A stretch of DNA of 64,000 nt from an uncultured Ignavibacteriales bacterium (GCA_964557855.1 CAZLBP010000020.1:1454-65453), one strand, 5' to 3'; shown: positions 10,747 to 22,299, counted from the stretch's first letter. The notes: a model not told the origin generated them from the sequence alone. Translations and numbers: made by a program.

Positions 10747-11805
10747 GTGAAAGGCAAACGAGTACTGATTACCGGCGGCGCCGGGTACCTGGGCTACCAT
10801 CTGGCGCAAGACCTCCCCCGACGCGGGGTGGCGTTTATGGCTCTCAACGATATCGCACCCTTTATCGAGGGCGACTATCCGGACGACGCGCTGCTTGTCA
10901 CACAGGACGTGCGTGACGCCGACGGTATGTACCGTCTGATCCATGACAACAAGATCGATATTATTATACATTGTGCCGCGGCCCTGCCATTGTGGAGCCG
11001 TGAAGAGATTTTCTCCACCAACATTTCCGGTTTGCGCAACACGCTGGAGCAGGCCCGCAAATGCAAAGTGGAACGGTTCATTTTCGTCAGTTCGACGGCC
11101 GTGTACGGCGTGCCGGAAAAACATCCGCTGGTGGAAGAAGACGAACTGGTCGGCGTCGGACCGTACGGCACCACCAAGATCGAGGGGGAGACGATATGCA
11201 ACGAGTTCCGCGACGAGGGGATGTGCGTCACGATTATCCGTCCGAAGACGTTTATCGGCACGGCCCGCCTGGGTGTGTTCCAAATTCTCTACGATTGGGT
11301 GGATGCGGGCAAGCGCATACCCATAATCGGCAAAGGGGAGAATCTCTACCAACTGCTGGAAGTAACCGATCTGATTGAAGCCATTTACCTGGCTGCCGCG
11401 GCTCCTCCGGAACTGGCCTCCGATGTATTCAATGTCGGCGCGCAGCATTTCGACAAAGTGAAGCGTGACGTGGGGGCGCTGTGTGAATTTGCCGGCAGCG
11501 GTGCCCGTGTCCAGCCGACTCCGGCCAAACTGGTCAAAGGGACGCTGGCGGTGTTCGAGTTCTTGAGAATTTCTCCGCTGTACAAGTGGATTTACGGCAC
11601 CGCCGACAAAGACTCCTATGTCTCGACGAAGAAGATCGAGGACAAGCTGGGTTGGCGATCGAAATATTCCAATGAGGATGCGCTGATTTCGTCACACAAA
11701 TGGTATCTGGAGCACAAGGAGGAACTGCAACATATAACATCAGGCGTGACTCACCGGGTGGGTTGGAACCAGGGCGTACTGAAACTCGTAAAGAAGTTCA
11801 TGTGA
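10747..11805 (+). CDS. NAD-dependent epimerase/dehydratase (extended SDR)
   Basis: TGGAGYLG; SSTAVYG; YGTTK (YxxxK). Confidence 0.9.
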   Translation: MKGKRVLITGGAGYLGYHLAQDLPRRGVAFMALNDIAPFIEGDYPDDALLVTQDVRDADGMYRLIHDNKIDIIIHCAAALPLWSREEIFSTNISGLRNTLEQARKCKVERFIFVSSTAVYGVPEKHPLVEEDELVGVGPYGTTKIEGETICNEFRDEGMCVTIIRPKTFIGTARLGVFQILYDWVDAGKRIPIIGKGENLYQLLEVTDLIEAIYLAAAAPPELASDVFNVGAQHFDKVKRDVGALCEFAGSGARVQPTPAKLVKGTLAVFEFLRISPLYKWIYGTADKDSYVSTKKIEDKLGWRSKYSNEDALISSHKWYLEHKEELQHITSGVTHRVGWNQGVLKLVKKFM

Positions 11806-12119
11806 GCCGAATCCGACCACCGAGCACGCGTGCAGTCGATGCCGGGCCGTGAGCAATGGCGACACGGCGAGCGGCAACTCGACTAATCTACACAACACGC
11901 AATGAGGTAATGGGTTGGCCGGTTTATTGTTGGTTTTTTTTGTTGCTTTTGGGTTGTATCGCCGTAAGTTTCGGCACGCGTTGAGCGAAGAGATGCGCAA
12001 AAGAACAGATGTTTTGTTGTTGCATCAAAAAATGAAAACATGTGATTTATGACCTCATAGGAGGAAAAACGTAAGGCGCAAAGCGGTCGTTTTTGGCGAA
12101 GGAAGTAACTCTTTTATTC

Positions 12120-12148
12120 TTGACAGGGTATAGAGCACAATTTATGTT
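12120..12148 (+). promoter_or_regulatory. Sigma70-type promoter of the large lipoprotein gene
   Basis: TTGACA-N17-TATGTT in AT-rich intergenic DNA. Confidence 0.55.
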
Positions 12149-12452
12149 AGTGACCGATTTGCACAAAGTCCCTGGTCGGGAGACCGAATAGATTATGTGA
12201 TAAGGGTTTAGAAGACCTCGAAAACAGACGATATGAAAAGGAAACTATATCGCATTTTAGAAACTGATAATGGACTCGAATAGAAGATGAAGGAGGTAAG
12301 CGAGGAGAGAATGAGGGTAGCATATTACCCTGCGAGATCGAATCAGGCTCATGATGCTATGCGGGTAGCGGGCCTCCCGAATATTGAGATTCATGAAGCA
12401 CACAAAAAATGACACATATATTAATAAACCATTTCAAAAGGAGAATTGAAGC

Positions 12453-15400
12453 ATGAAACGAAACTCGCTGTTCATGCTGGTGCTGACATTGTTGGTAAGC
12501 ACCGTGGGAGTTTACTTTTTAGGCTGCGATGATACCACGGTAGAGTCGCAGGACGTTGTCCCTGATAAGGTCCACGGCTCGATCCATGGCACAGTCGTCA
12601 ATGCCATAACCAATGAACCCATACCGGGCGTTATTGTGTATTACTTTGCTGGAGGTAGCGGCGTTTCCGAGAAAGAAGGAGACCGTTCGGCGCTCCAAAC
12701 AGCGGAAAGAGATTCCGTAATTACGGGCAGTGAGGGTCAGTTCCACACTGTTGATACTCTTCCGTCAGGCTATTATCAGCTTCAATTTGTGGTGCCGGGG
12801 CAATTCGCTACGGGTTGGACCACCGCCTATATCAAAACTCTTGAGGAACTTAAGGGCGATATAGATGTCAATCCTTCTGGCGTGATAAGGTACGAGACTG
12901 TAATCGACTTCTTTCCGCTTCCTTTGTACCCGTCAACCGCGTCCTTAACTGGTGTCGTCATGACGGCTCTGCCGGACGTGCTGGGTGGCGGTGGACCAAC
13001 TGTGAGCGAGAAGGAAACCGGCGAGCAACAAGCTCTGCAGAATCCGCCGAGCCCGGTTCCCAATGTCGAAGTGCGCGTCACCTACCCCGGTGATCTGCCG
13101 TTCTACAGATTGGCCTACACGACCGCAACTAATGCGAGCGGTGTCTTTGAATTTGAGAATCTGCCGGCCTACGAAGACACGGTAATGCTCTCGATCATGC
13201 CGTTCACTGCCGGTGACACTTCTTATCTGCGGTTCGACACGGCGGTTGTGCTCGTACAGAACCATACCGTCGACGTCGGCAACAAGTACGGCTTGGTGGA
13301 CTGTGTCGATCTGCCGGCAATCCTCTCGCAGAATTTCAATCCGGATGCGCCGTTCAACTACGATGGCGATCTGGCCATGAGATTCTCGGAAGCCATGGAC
13401 ACGCTCACGTTTGATGTGTCTTTGACTGTTGGTGGTGAGCCGTGGGTCTTCGACATAACCTGGTCGGCGGGTGATTCGCTGGTGACACTGAGCCCCAGGA
13501 AGACCCTCTTTACTGACGAAACCTATACGGTGACGATACACCATGCGGAATCCAAGTCCGGTTGTGACATGAATCCGCGATTCGACGTCATGAACTTCAC
13601 CACCATGGACGGAATCGACCTGCTGTCGACCAATGCCGAACGCGTGGCCGGTGAGTTCGATGACTACACGATCAGCGACGATCTCGATCTGGATTTCAAC
13701 ATGCCCCCGGTCATCAATCCGACCTTTGGGCATCTGACCCTGCTGGATGTTACTGATTGTTTCCGCAATGGCTCGGCATTCCCGCAAGGCGACCCCAATG
13801 GTGATTGCTACACTGACAAGGGCGGTTGTACGTGGTTCCCGGTGTCCTTTGATGCATCCGTAAACGGCAACACGCTGGTTATAGACCCCGTGCAGAATCT
13901 CGAGCGGGATCACGTGTATGAATTCTCCTGGAAGGTCTTTTCCAGCATCCAGGGTGACTTCCATGAAGGTTGCTTCACGTTCTGGACTGAACCCGATACC
14001 ACGACACTCGATGCCGTTACCGGTTTCGCAGTAGAGATGGACGATGACTGGACGGCCGACTGGAATACTACGGAAATCACATTCCGCTGGGATACGAAGG
14101 CGAAAGCGCTCGGTTATAAGGTTTACGCGCGCGATGATAGCAAGAACACTGACTTCGTACAACTCCATGATTTCGCACAGCAGGATTTCCTCCAGCATCA
14201 GGAACGAACTGTGCAGCTGTGGAAACACGGAGAATTCGACCTGTATGGTAACGACGGCTTCCAAACCCCGTTCTCGGGCGGCGTCGAACTGGAATTCCAG
14301 GTGAGGGCCTATAATCGTGGCGGCGACGGCGCTCCTTCTTCATCCGTGTTTGTCGAAGATGAGACCCCGCCGGAGTTTGCTCTGGTACAGGCCGGTAATG
14401 CTGACCGAGTCGGCAAAGACGAGGATACGGTTGTCATAAGTGTACTTGGTACCTTTGCCGAAGCCACCGGTGCATATACCGCCATCAGCTATGATTCTGT
14501 CTGCGGTTCGCATACCGGCGGTGCTCTGCTTGAGTACCTCGAGAATGCCAAGCCCGGATTCACGTTTGTCGAAGCCGGCGGCACCAACGATCCGCTGCTG
14601 ACCGATGCCGATGTAATGTGGGACGATGAGAACAACCTGCGCGGTGGCACTGCCTGGTTTATGGTTCCGATGGGAACGGCTGCAGCCGGTGATTCGCTGA
14701 TTGTGGAAATCACCGACAATTCCGGCAATACCGGAACCGCTGCTATTCGTCTCCTGCCGAACTTCGAGTTCATCATTCCGACCGCCGACAGTGGTCTGGA
14801 AGCCGGACCGACCGGCAAGACAGTGAAGTTCGTAGTGCGTGATGCTACCGATTCGACAATCCAAGCGGTTCATGCCTGGCTGTCACTTGACGGCGGCACG
14901 ACCTTCATCGACACCGTCGAAAACATCGCCATCAATGGTTGTCCAACTATGGATCTCACTAATTCATTCTTCACCGACAGCGATCCAATCGACTGGGATA
15001 CCGTGATGGTCGACGCCAATGCGATGGTGCAATTGCAGGATACGGCGGGCGGTTCATTCTGGACCTCCGACCTGTTCACAATCAGCGGCATCATGATGAC
15101 CGGACCTGACTCTCTGTACATCGATACCACCGAAATTCTCGACCGCGGTGTGACCGACTCGGTTGCGGTACCGTTGACCTGGAATTCGGTCGGATTCGAC
15201 GACAATATGGTGGAAATCTGGTACTTTGCCGATGCTACCTCGCCATACGACGGTCCCTCCAGTGTTGACGATACCACCGAATGGACGAGAGACACGCTGG
15301 TCGGCAACATCGATAACACCGGTACCTATGACTGGTATCCGCCGGTCTACAACAACCAGACGTATATGGCCTGGGTCCGTCTGGCCGATGCCGACATGAA

Positions 15401-16949
15401 CATGGATGACACGCTTCGTGACTCACGTCCGGCCGACATGAACGACTACGAGTTCATGGTCTTCCATGACATGATTCAATACGTTGATCCGTTCCCCGGA
15501 CCTCCCTACGATATCGCCAAGGGTGGTCAGCAGTACGACATCAGATGGTGGAATAAGCTGGATGACGACAACGATCCGGTCTTTGACACCTTCCCGTCGA
15601 TACTGACGATCGACTACCTGATCGCCATGGGTGACGATACCCTTGAAACCGATCCGGAGAATTTCGACGAAGGCGATTGGCGGTTCATCACCGATACCGC
15701 TCACAACGAGGGCGGCTACGGCTGGCGGTACCCGCCGTGGAATGAACCGACCTATCATGCCTGGATCCGCATCACGGATGCCAACGGCGAATACTACTAC
15801 AGTCCCAAGTTCACCATCGCCGGCCTGCTCGTAACGCAGCCGGATGCAGGTGACGACTGGGATGTCGGCAGTGCCCATTATGTCCTGTGGGAGAACATCG
15901 GCAACTTCGGCCTTCTCGGTGAAACCGTCAACATCTCGTACTGGGATTCCGATGAGGAAGAATGGGTTGTCATTCCGAACGCCGGCGCCATAGCGGCCTC
16001 AGCTGAGGAGTTTCTCTGGGATCCGATCGACAACGTACCGGACAGCCTGACTCGTATAAGAGTGCAGGAGAACAGCCCGCCGGTTTCCGGACAGGGAATG
16101 TATGACACCACGGATCTGTTCGTGATCTCCGGTTACGAAGCCCTGTCACCGCTGCCGCCGGATACCATCTATGTGTCCGACATCGTACAGCTGCAGTGGG
16201 CGACGATCGGTGACCCGGATGACGGCCAGGTGTGGATTGATTTCGCTTGGTACTACGATCCGGTTGCTCCGGGAATCGATACAACCTGGGTACCTTTCGC
16301 TGTTAATAATCCGACCCCGAATGATGGCGCTTACTCCTTCACGGTGCCGAACGATATAAACCTTGTTCAAGCGGACATTGAGTACTTGGATGGCACTTTT
16401 GACAGCACGGTACATGATGAGTTCATGCTCCGCGTCCGAGCTGACGGAGGAACGGCAGTCGACGAAGCGATTAACCCAAACGTCACTCAGTACATCACGG
16501 TGGCTGTGCCGTCCATCGCTATCTATCAGCCGGATACGGCCGACATCGTGGGTGGTAGTGACGATGCCTGGATGATGGGAACCGAAGAAACCATCACCTG
16601 GAACTCGATCGGTGTGGGCGATCCTCAGGAAGTCACCATCCAGCTGCAGGAGTACGATGTTGCTCAGAGTATCTGGGTGCTTCACTCTGTGATCGCCACA
16701 GGCGTGCCCAGCTCCAACAGATACGCGGAGCAATTCGGCACCCCGGTCGGCTACCATGAGTACGATTGGGACATTCCGATACTTCTCGACACCGATGATA
16801 TCGACAGCGCTCGTATCAGAATCGTGGGTGACAACGTGATCGAGGCGGCCGGTGACATTGAAGGCTTCAGCCAGCCGTTCCAGATCATAGAGAACCCGGG
16901 CCCGGTCTCAACCGATCCCGGCAGCGCCACGAGGCCGTCGAAGAAATAG
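12453..16949 (+). CDS. 1498-aa acidic multidomain surface lipoprotein (Ig-like/FN3-like and P...W...G....I.W repeats)
   Basis: AAGGAG RBS; lipobox-like YFLG-C25; GSIHGTVVNAITNEPIPGV carboxypeptidase-regulatory-like start; FSEAMD Big_5-like motif; C-terminal beta repeats. Confidence 0.85.
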   Translation: MKRNSLFMLVLTLLVSTVGVYFLGCDDTTVESQDVVPDKVHGSIHGTVVNAITNEPIPGVIVYYFAGGSGVSEKEGDRSALQTAERDSVITGSEGQFHTVDTLPSGYYQLQFVVPGQFATGWTTAYIKTLEELKGDIDVNPSGVIRYETVIDFFPLPLYPSTASLTGVVMTALPDVLGGGGPTVSEKETGEQQALQNPPSPVPNVEVRVTYPGDLPFYRLAYTTATNASGVFEFENLPAYEDTVMLSIMPFTAGDTSYLRFDTAVVLVQNHTVDVGNKYGLVDCVDLPAILSQNFNPDAPFNYDGDLAMRFSEAMDTLTFDVSLTVGGEPWVFDITWSAGDSLVTLSPRKTLFTDETYTVTIHHAESKSGCDMNPRFDVMNFTTMDGIDLLSTNAERVAGEFDDYTISDDLDLDFNMPPVINPTFGHLTLLDVTDCFRNGSAFPQGDPNGDCYTDKGGCTWFPVSFDASVNGNTLVIDPVQNLERDHVYEFSWKVFSSIQGDFHEGCFTFWTEPDTTTLDAVTGFAVEMDDDWTADWNTTEITFRWDTKAKALGYKVYARDDSKNTDFVQLHDFAQQDFLQHQERTVQLWKHGEFDLYGNDGFQTPFSGGVELEFQVRAYNRGGDGAPSSSVFVEDETPPEFALVQAGNADRVGKDEDTVVISVLGTFAEATGAYTAISYDSVCGSHTGGALLEYLENAKPGFTFVEAGGTNDPLLTDADVMWDDENNLRGGTAWFMVPMGTAAAGDSLIVEITDNSGNTGTAAIRLLPNFEFIIPTADSGLEAGPTGKTVKFVVRDATDSTIQAVHAWLSLDGGTTFIDTVENIAINGCPTMDLTNSFFTDSDPIDWDTVMVDANAMVQLQDTAGGSFWTSDLFTISGIMMTGPDSLYIDTTEILDRGVTDSVAVPLTWNSVGFDDNMVEIWYFADATSPYDGPSSVDDTTEWTRDTLVGNIDNTGTYDWYPPVYNNQTYMAWVRLADADMNMDDTLRDSRPADMNDYEFMVFHDMIQYVDPFPGPPYDIAKGGQQYDIRWWNKLDDDNDPVFDTFPSILTIDYLIAMGDDTLETDPENFDEGDWRFITDTAHNEGGYGWRYPPWNEPTYHAWIRITDANGEYYYSPKFTIAGLLVTQPDAGDDWDVGSAHYVLWENIGNFGLLGETVNISYWDSDEEEWVVIPNAGAIAASAEEFLWDPIDNVPDSLTRIRVQENSPPVSGQGMYDTTDLFVISGYEALSPLPPDTIYVSDIVQLQWATIGDPDDGQVWIDFAWYYDPVAPGIDTTWVPFAVNNPTPNDGAYSFTVPNDINLVQADIEYLDGTFDSTVHDEFMLRVRADGGTAVDEAINPNVTQYITVAVPSIAIYQPDTADIVGGSDDAWMMGTEETITWNSIGVGDPQEVTIQLQEYDVAQSIWVLHSVIATGVPSSNRYAEQFGTPVGYHEYDWDIPILLDTDDIDSARIRIVGDNVIEAAGDIEGFSQPFQIIENPGPVSTDPGSATRPSKK

Positions 16950-16975
16950 TAAGTCACAACTTACTTCGATAGATT

Positions 16976-17009
16976 ACCGGAGACTGGTTATCCAGTCTCC
17001 GGTTTTTTT
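16976..17009 (+). terminator. Rho-independent terminator
   Basis: ACCGGAGACTGG-TTAT-CCAGTCTCCGGT plus T-tract. Confidence 0.92.
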
Positions 17010-17049
17010 GTGGGGATGGGGAAGCAGGTTCGATTCGCAATAGGCTGTG

Positions 17050-17310
17050 TGTCCGCGATCTGGGATCGCGGGTAGAGAGTCAGGACCGCGAGGGTCCTGA
17101 CCTGCCGCTTCTACATACCAACGATTTGCGTGTCGGGTCACAATCCCGTTGGCTCGGGTTCAGGACCCGACACAACAGCACATGGTGTTTTTCAACAGGC
17201 CCCAAGGTCCGGGTCAGGATTTGGGAGTCTGGGGAAAGCGTCAGGTCACACCCCGCCAGGGGCGGAGCAAGACCTGACGCAACTCAGAAGCCCGGACTAG
17301 GGTCCGGGGC
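17050..17310. repeat. Cluster of REP-like palindromes (family B at ~17052-17105; family A at 17130-17177 and 17238-17283)
   Basis: CCGCGATC..GATCGCGG, GTCAGGACC..GGTCCTGAC, GTGTCGGGTC..GACCCGACAC, GCGTCAGGTC..GACCTGACGC, GCCCCGGAC..GTCCGGGGC. Confidence 0.75.
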
Positions 17311-17322
17311 ATGTGATTCAGT

Positions 17323-18693
17323 CTAAGACTCTTCTGTCTTGGCTACTATCAGGTCGGAGCGGGACGGGTGGAGCTTCTCGAAGTCTTCCGACGAGATCAC
17401 GTAGTACCAGTCGGAGTAGTGCTCGTTCAACTCCTGGCTGCGCTCACGGCCGCGCTCCACTTTGCGCTTCCAGGTCTCGTACGCCGAGTGCAGGTTCTTG
17501 TTCTCCCGATCGGCCTCGGTCAATAAGCTGTCCGGCTTTTTGAGGAATTCCTCGTCCGATGGCCTGGGCGGCTCGGGAAATCGAGATTCATCGAATTCCG
17601 TTGTCACGAAGAGATAGCGGTTCTCACCACCCTCTTGTTGGCCATCCGCCTCGTCGCCGGTGATGCCTGCAGTCAGAGCCAGCCCGGAACCGTAAACGAC
17701 TTCGCCGAAGCGGAGCGTATATTTGACGCCGTTGCTTGCATATGCAATCAGCTCGCCCTCGTTGGACATAAGCTGACCGTCGCGGGTAAAGAAAAAGCCT
17801 TTGCTCTGCAACGACATCAAGTCGGATTGGGACACCTGAGCCGATGCTTCATCCTGTTTCAAGCTCTGCGACAGGCCTTCCGGTTTGGGACGGACGCCGA
17901 CTATGGTCAAGCTGTCGAGCGTGGTGAGCAGTTCGTTGACGGCCGCGGTATCCAGCATTCTGCCGGAAGACACAGCCGGCGACTGCCATTTGCCGTCTTC
18001 TTTGTTCAGTTCCAGGCTGCCGCGACGCTCTACGGAGCGGGTGCGCTCGTTTATGGAATAGTCGTTGATGACGACTTGCTCGAGGCCGGCCTTGGTTACT
18101 TCAAGTAAATCGGTGTTGATCCAGTCCTCGAAGCGGGTGGAGAGTTCGAGGTCAACCCGGGCGGCATAGACGCGCTTCTGGTCGGGGACGCGGACGAAAC
18201 GAATGTTCTCCCGGCCTTCGACCTCGTTGCCTATGATGAAATCGGCCAGCACGTTGCCGCCGCTGCTCTTAATAGTTACGCGTCTGCCGCGTCCGGCCAA
18301 ACCGGCGCTTTCTTCGAGAGGATCGATGACGCCGAAAGCTTCATGATCGGAGACGTTGTCGGAGCGGTAGTCATCCTTTCTGATCTGGATGACACCGGCC
18401 GCAGTCTGAGCCAGTTGATCCCTGGCGTCGGCGGGATAATTGTGGTGGGAGGGAATAGTCCAGCGCCCGTTTTCGAACGTAACTTTGAACGGACGGGGCG
18501 AGCCGGTGGTTTCGTCGTATTCGATAACTTCCAAGGTCGTCGCCTCATTCGGATCAGTGAACTCAGGAAAGAACGGTTCCCCCTGGTCCAGGAACGACTC
18601 GGGGGTGATCCGTTTGGGCGAGAAGATAAAGGCCAGTAGAACCAAGGCTACAGCGACACCGGCAAATACAAGGGTTTTCTTCGTTTCTTCCAT
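17323..18693 (-). CDS. DUF4340-type accessory protein of a Gld-like ABC system
   Basis: N-terminal TM anchor; HHNYPAD, FVRVPDQKRVY and LRFGEV motifs; last gene of the ATPase/permease-GldG operon. Confidence 0.8.
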   Translation of the reverse strand: MEETKKTLVFAGVAVALVLLAFIFSPKRITPESFLDQGEPFFPEFTDPNEATTLEVIEYDETTGSPRPFKVTFENGRWTIPSHHNYPADARDQLAQTAAGVIQIRKDDYRSDNVSDHEAFGVIDPLEESAGLAGRGRRVTIKSSGGNVLADFIIGNEVEGRENIRFVRVPDQKRVYAARVDLELSTRFEDWINTDLLEVTKAGLEQVVINDYSINERTRSVERRGSLELNKEDGKWQSPAVSSGRMLDTAAVNELLTTLDSLTIVGVRPKPEGLSQSLKQDEASAQVSQSDLMSLQSKGFFFTRDGQLMSNEGELIAYASNGVKYTLRFGEVVYGSGLALTAGITGDEADGQQEGGENRYLFVTTEFDESRFPEPPRPSDEEFLKKPDSLLTEADRENKNLHSAYETWKRKVERGRERSQELNEHYSDWYYVISSEDFEKLHPSRSDLIVAKTEES

Positions 18694-18696
18694 AGC

Positions 18697-21378
18697 TTAA
18701 CTCCTTAATCTCCGTTCAGCGGCGGCGCCTTCCTGTTCTCTTCGGCGACGTCTGACAAAGACGCCGATACCGACCACCAATACGGGGATCGGCGGCAGCA
18801 GGACAGCCAGGGTGCGGATGCGAGTCTGGATGCCGCGAATGGCCGCCTGGGTTTCTTCCTCACTGCGAGCGATCTGAGCCTCTTTCCTGGCCTCGATATT
18901 GGCCTTGAGGACCTCAAACCGACGATTCTCGACTTCCTGAAGGTTTTGAGCCATGATCTGTTTGGTCTGCTGATCGAGGTCGGCGCGACTGCGCACCTGG
19001 TTGACCTTTTCGGTCAGCCGCTGCTGGGCTTCGGCCAGAGCGGCCTGCGCTTCCTGCTCCGCCTCCTTCTCGCGCGCGATGCGCCGCTCGATGAATTCGT
19101 GCGTTTGCGCTTCCACAGTCTCCAGGGTACGGTGGGTCACTCGCTTTTTGCGCAGGTTGACGAACGATTCGTCGCCCACGAGAATGTCCATACAGTTGAG
19201 GAAGAACGGTATGTTATCGAAATTGAGTCCTTCCAGGCCCTGGTTGCGGATCTGGAAGAACTGGTCGGAAATAAAGTCGATATCAGCGATGACGATGGCG
19301 TCAACTTTTTTTGTATCGCCGGCCGCCAGGGTGTCCTCGAGGGCAGGGGCCGCCTCGCTACCCATGACCTGCGCTCCGAGGATGTAGGTCTCGCTGCTGG
19401 GTGTCCGGCGGACGTTGCGGTTGAGGCTAAAACCGAACAGGAAACCGCGTTGGACGAGTGACTGAAACTGATGAATGCCCGACATGCGGCCGCAACGAAT
19501 CAGCGGCTGGAACTCGAACGGGCTGTCGATTGCCTTGAAAATGTAGCCGGGATAGAGCAGAACCATCTCCTGCAGACCGGCGCTCGCCTGATGCATGTCG
19601 TTGAAGGCCTCGGTGGTTTCATTGCCGTGTCCGACGAAGATAATTTCCGGCTGAAGCTGCATGAGGTCCGGATGCGGGTTGTAGACGTCCCAGGCTATCT
19701 GCTGTGAGTTCCAGTTGACGCCGATATTCGACATGAGTTTCTGGATGTCTCCCTTTTCCGGGGGCTGGGGCTGGTTCTGGTTCATGAACGGATTGCGGCT
19801 GGCGCCCGCCGGCAGGGCGGGAGACAGGCTGATATTGAAGGTGGGCAGGGGGTCAACGAGAAGCAACGTGGGGTTGCCTGCCAGGATGTACCTTTCAAGG
19901 TTGTCCATTTGATCCTGCGGCAACGAAGACGGCAGCACCACGAGCAGGCCGTCGATATCCTCGGTTATCGGCTGGGCGGCCGATACCTGGACGACTTCGT
20001 ACTGCTTCTTCAATTCATCGACCACGGGCCAGGAGGGGTTACGGTTCATCGTAGCGAAGTCAAAACCGCCGAAAACCTTGGCTTCGGTTTCCAGAACACC
20101 GATTCGTTTGCGGTCCGTTCCGGCTACAACCCGGATGGAGCGGACCAGCTCGTATTCGATAGGCAAGCCCCGGTCAAAGAAGGGGATGACCTCTTCCTCT
20201 GCCCCGCAGGTGAAGGCGAGCCCCATGAAGATGTCGTCGGTACTGGTGCGAGCGCTTTCGGTCGTCAGGGCGGTCCGGGGGACAATGCCGAACTTCTCCC
20301 GGGCATCGCGGGCTTCCTGCGTGAACGGTTCCGTATCGTAGTAGATGACCTTGAGCTTGTCCCCTCCGACGGCATCCAGTTCGCGCAGTTTGTCAAGCAG
20401 ACTTTCGCGTGTTTCGACATAGGCTCGCGGGACTTCGGGTGAGATGTACGCCTGCACGAAGACCGGGCGATCATCCGACAGCTCGTCGACCATCCGCCCC
20501 GTCTCGTTCGAAAGGGAATGCAGCTGCTCGGCGGTCACATCGACGCGCACGCGCTCGCTGCCGAACAGAGAATTGAAGGCTATAACGCCGACTACGAGCG
20601 CCACGCCGCGTACCACCTGGTGGATCCAGAAACGATAGCCGCCCGCCTCCACCGGCCAGTGACGGCGACCGATCAGCACCGTGTTCAAATAGAGCATGAC
20701 GGCAATGATTGACACGAAATACAGCAGGGCCTCGAAACTGATGACCCCTCCGGCGAAATCGTCGAAATAGCCGAATACTCCGAGGGGGGCCAAAGCATCC
20801 TGAAGTGTCTCACTGAGTACCCAGGTCGGAGAATTGACGAAGACGAAGAAGGAACAGAATACGGCTCCCAGGATGAAGGCCACGGTGCTGTTGGTCGTCA
20901 GCAGCGAGGCCAGCATACCGATCGACAGCATGGCAGCGCCGATGAACCAGAAGCCGACGTAGTTGGCAAACATCAGGCCGATATCGGGACTGCCCAGCAG
21001 GGCCAGGACAACAACATGACTGAGCGATAAAATCAACGAAACCGTGTAAATGCCGAAAACGGCGAAGTATTTGCCGGTGACGACTTCCAGATCGGTGGCA
21101 GGCAAGGTCAGAAGCAACTCATCCGTACCTTTCTGGCGTTCCTCGGCCCAGACACCCATGGTCAAGGCGGGGACGAAAAAAAGGAGCAGAAAGGGAAAGA
21201 GCATGTTAAGTTGATCGAGATTGGCGAGGTTGTTGGCGAAGAACCGCTCCTGCCAGAACGCCGCCGCCGCACTGAGGAATATGAACAGCGTGATAAAGAC
21301 GTATCCCGTAGGGCTGCTGAAGTACGACAGGAGATTGCGGCGCGCTATGGCGAATATGATTTGTCTATTGAATCTCAT
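18697..21378 (-). CDS. ABC permease (GldF-like) fused to GldG-like periplasmic domain
   Basis: [36 protein letters not shown] and IEYELVRSI motifs; C-terminal coiled coil and TM. Start placed at MRFNRQ. Confidence 0.88.
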   Translation of the reverse strand: MRFNRQIIFAIARRNLLSYFSSPTGYVFITLFIFLSAAAAFWQERFFANNLANLDQLNMLFPFLLLFFVPALTMGVWAEERQKGTDELLLTLPATDLEVVTGKYFAVFGIYTVSLILSLSHVVVLALLGSPDIGLMFANYVGFWFIGAAMLSIGMLASLLTTNSTVAFILGAVFCSFFVFVNSPTWVLSETLQDALAPLGVFGYFDDFAGGVISFEALLYFVSIIAVMLYLNTVLIGRRHWPVEAGGYRFWIHQVVRGVALVVGVIAFNSLFGSERVRVDVTAEQLHSLSNETGRMVDELSDDRPVFVQAYISPEVPRAYVETRESLLDKLRELDAVGGDKLKVIYYDTEPFTQEARDAREKFGIVPRTALTTESARTSTDDIFMGLAFTCGAEEEVIPFFDRGLPIEYELVRSIRVVAGTDRKRIGVLETEAKVFGGFDFATMNRNPSWPVVDELKKQYEVVQVSAAQPITEDIDGLLVVLPSSLPQDQMDNLERYILAGNPTLLLVDPLPTFNISLSPALPAGASRNPFMNQNQPQPPEKGDIQKLMSNIGVNWNSQQIAWDVYNPHPDLMQLQPEIIFVGHGNETTEAFNDMHQASAGLQEMVLLYPGYIFKAIDSPFEFQPLIRCGRMSGIHQFQSLVQRGFLFGFSLNRNVRRTPSSETYILGAQVMGSEAAPALEDTLAAGDTKKVDAIVIADIDFISDQFFQIRNQGLEGLNFDNIPFFLNCMDILVGDESFVNLRKKRVTHRTLETVEAQTHEFIERRIAREKEAEQEAQAALAEAQQRLTEKVNQVRSRADLDQQTKQIMAQNLQEVENRRFEVLKANIEARKEAQIARSEEETQAAIRGIQTRIRTLAVLLPPIPVLVVGIGVFVRRRRREQEGAAAERRLRS

Positions 21379-22147
21379 CTTGCTGTTCCTCCGCAGATAC
21401 GGCAGCAACCATGCGGCCGTAATCCGTCATTTTGTAGAAACTCTCCTCCATGGAGCCGGCCTGAGCCAGTTCATCTGGAGAACCGTCAAACAGCAGCCGG
21501 CCTTTGTGAACCAGGAGAACTCGTTGTGCCACAGCCTCGACTTCCTGTAAAATGTGCGTCGAAAGAAGGATCGTTTTGGTTTCGGCCAGCCGGGTGATGT
21601 TGGCGCGGAAGTCCCGAATCTGGTTCGGGTCCAGCCCGGCGGTGGGCTCGTCCATAATGAGTACCTCCGGATCATGCAGAAGCGCCTGAGCGAGACCGAC
21701 GCGCTGCCGATAGCCGCGGGAGAGCTTGCCGATGGGCTTTTCAAGTACCATGTGCAGTGAGCAGACATCACAGACTTCGTCGATGCGGCGCTTCAGTTGG
21801 CTGTTTTGCAGCCTTCGTACCCCCCCCAGGAAGCGCAACATTTCCAGGGGCGTCATGTTGTCGTACAGCGGTCCGTTCTCCGGCAGATAGCCTAACCGCC
21901 GGGAGGCGTCCAGTCTGTCTTCACCGCTGACATTGAGACCGGCGATAAAGGCGCTGCCGCGACTGGGAGCCAGAAAGCCGCTCAGGATTTTCATGGCGGT
22001 TGACTTTCCCGCCCCGTTTGGTCCCAGGAAGGCTACCAGTTGTCCCCTGGGGATGGAGAATGAGATATCCTCAATAGCTACGAAGGACCCATAGTATTTG
22101 GTCAATCCTCGGGCTTCAATCATGGATCCGTTGGCATCGTTCGTCAT
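21365..22147 (-). CDS. ABC transporter ATP-binding protein (GldA-like)
   Basis: GPNGAGKS Walker A; LSRGYRQR signature; MDEPT; H-loop STH. Confidence 0.95.
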   Translation of the reverse strand: MTNDANGSMIEARGLTKYYGSFVAIEDISFSIPRGQLVAFLGPNGAGKSTAMKILSGFLAPSRGSAFIAGLNVSGEDRLDASRRLGYLPENGPLYDNMTPLEMLRFLGGVRRLQNSQLKRRIDEVCDVCSLHMVLEKPIGKLSRGYRQRVGLAQALLHDPEVLIMDEPTAGLDPNQIRDFRANITRLAETKTILLSTHILQEVEAVAQRVLLVHKGRLLFDGSPDELAQAGSMEESFYKMTDYGRMVAAVSAEEQQDEIQ

Positions 22148-22299
22148 TGGTTTACCTCATCTGGTTACTGTTGAATAAGTTAACAGTTCTTAGTCTCGTC
22201 ACCGTTTCGTGCCTCTCTTGTGAAATAGCTCCAATAATAGCTGACAACGTGCACTCTGTCAAGTAGCTTGGCTACGACGCTCCAGTTTCTGTGGCTGTG

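Noticed and set aside
12290..12385. c-di-GMP-I (GEMM) riboswitch suggested by GGTAGCGGG..CCGA
   Set aside because: The GCAAAC / GNRA / GACGCAAAG core is absent
8246..14264. Long antisense ORFs 8246-9583 and 12945-14264 (also 23094-24080, 30999-32096, 44625-45845, 60346-61692)
   Set aside because: Each lies opposite a clear gene and has no motifs; such ORFs are expected from codon bias in GC-rich DNA
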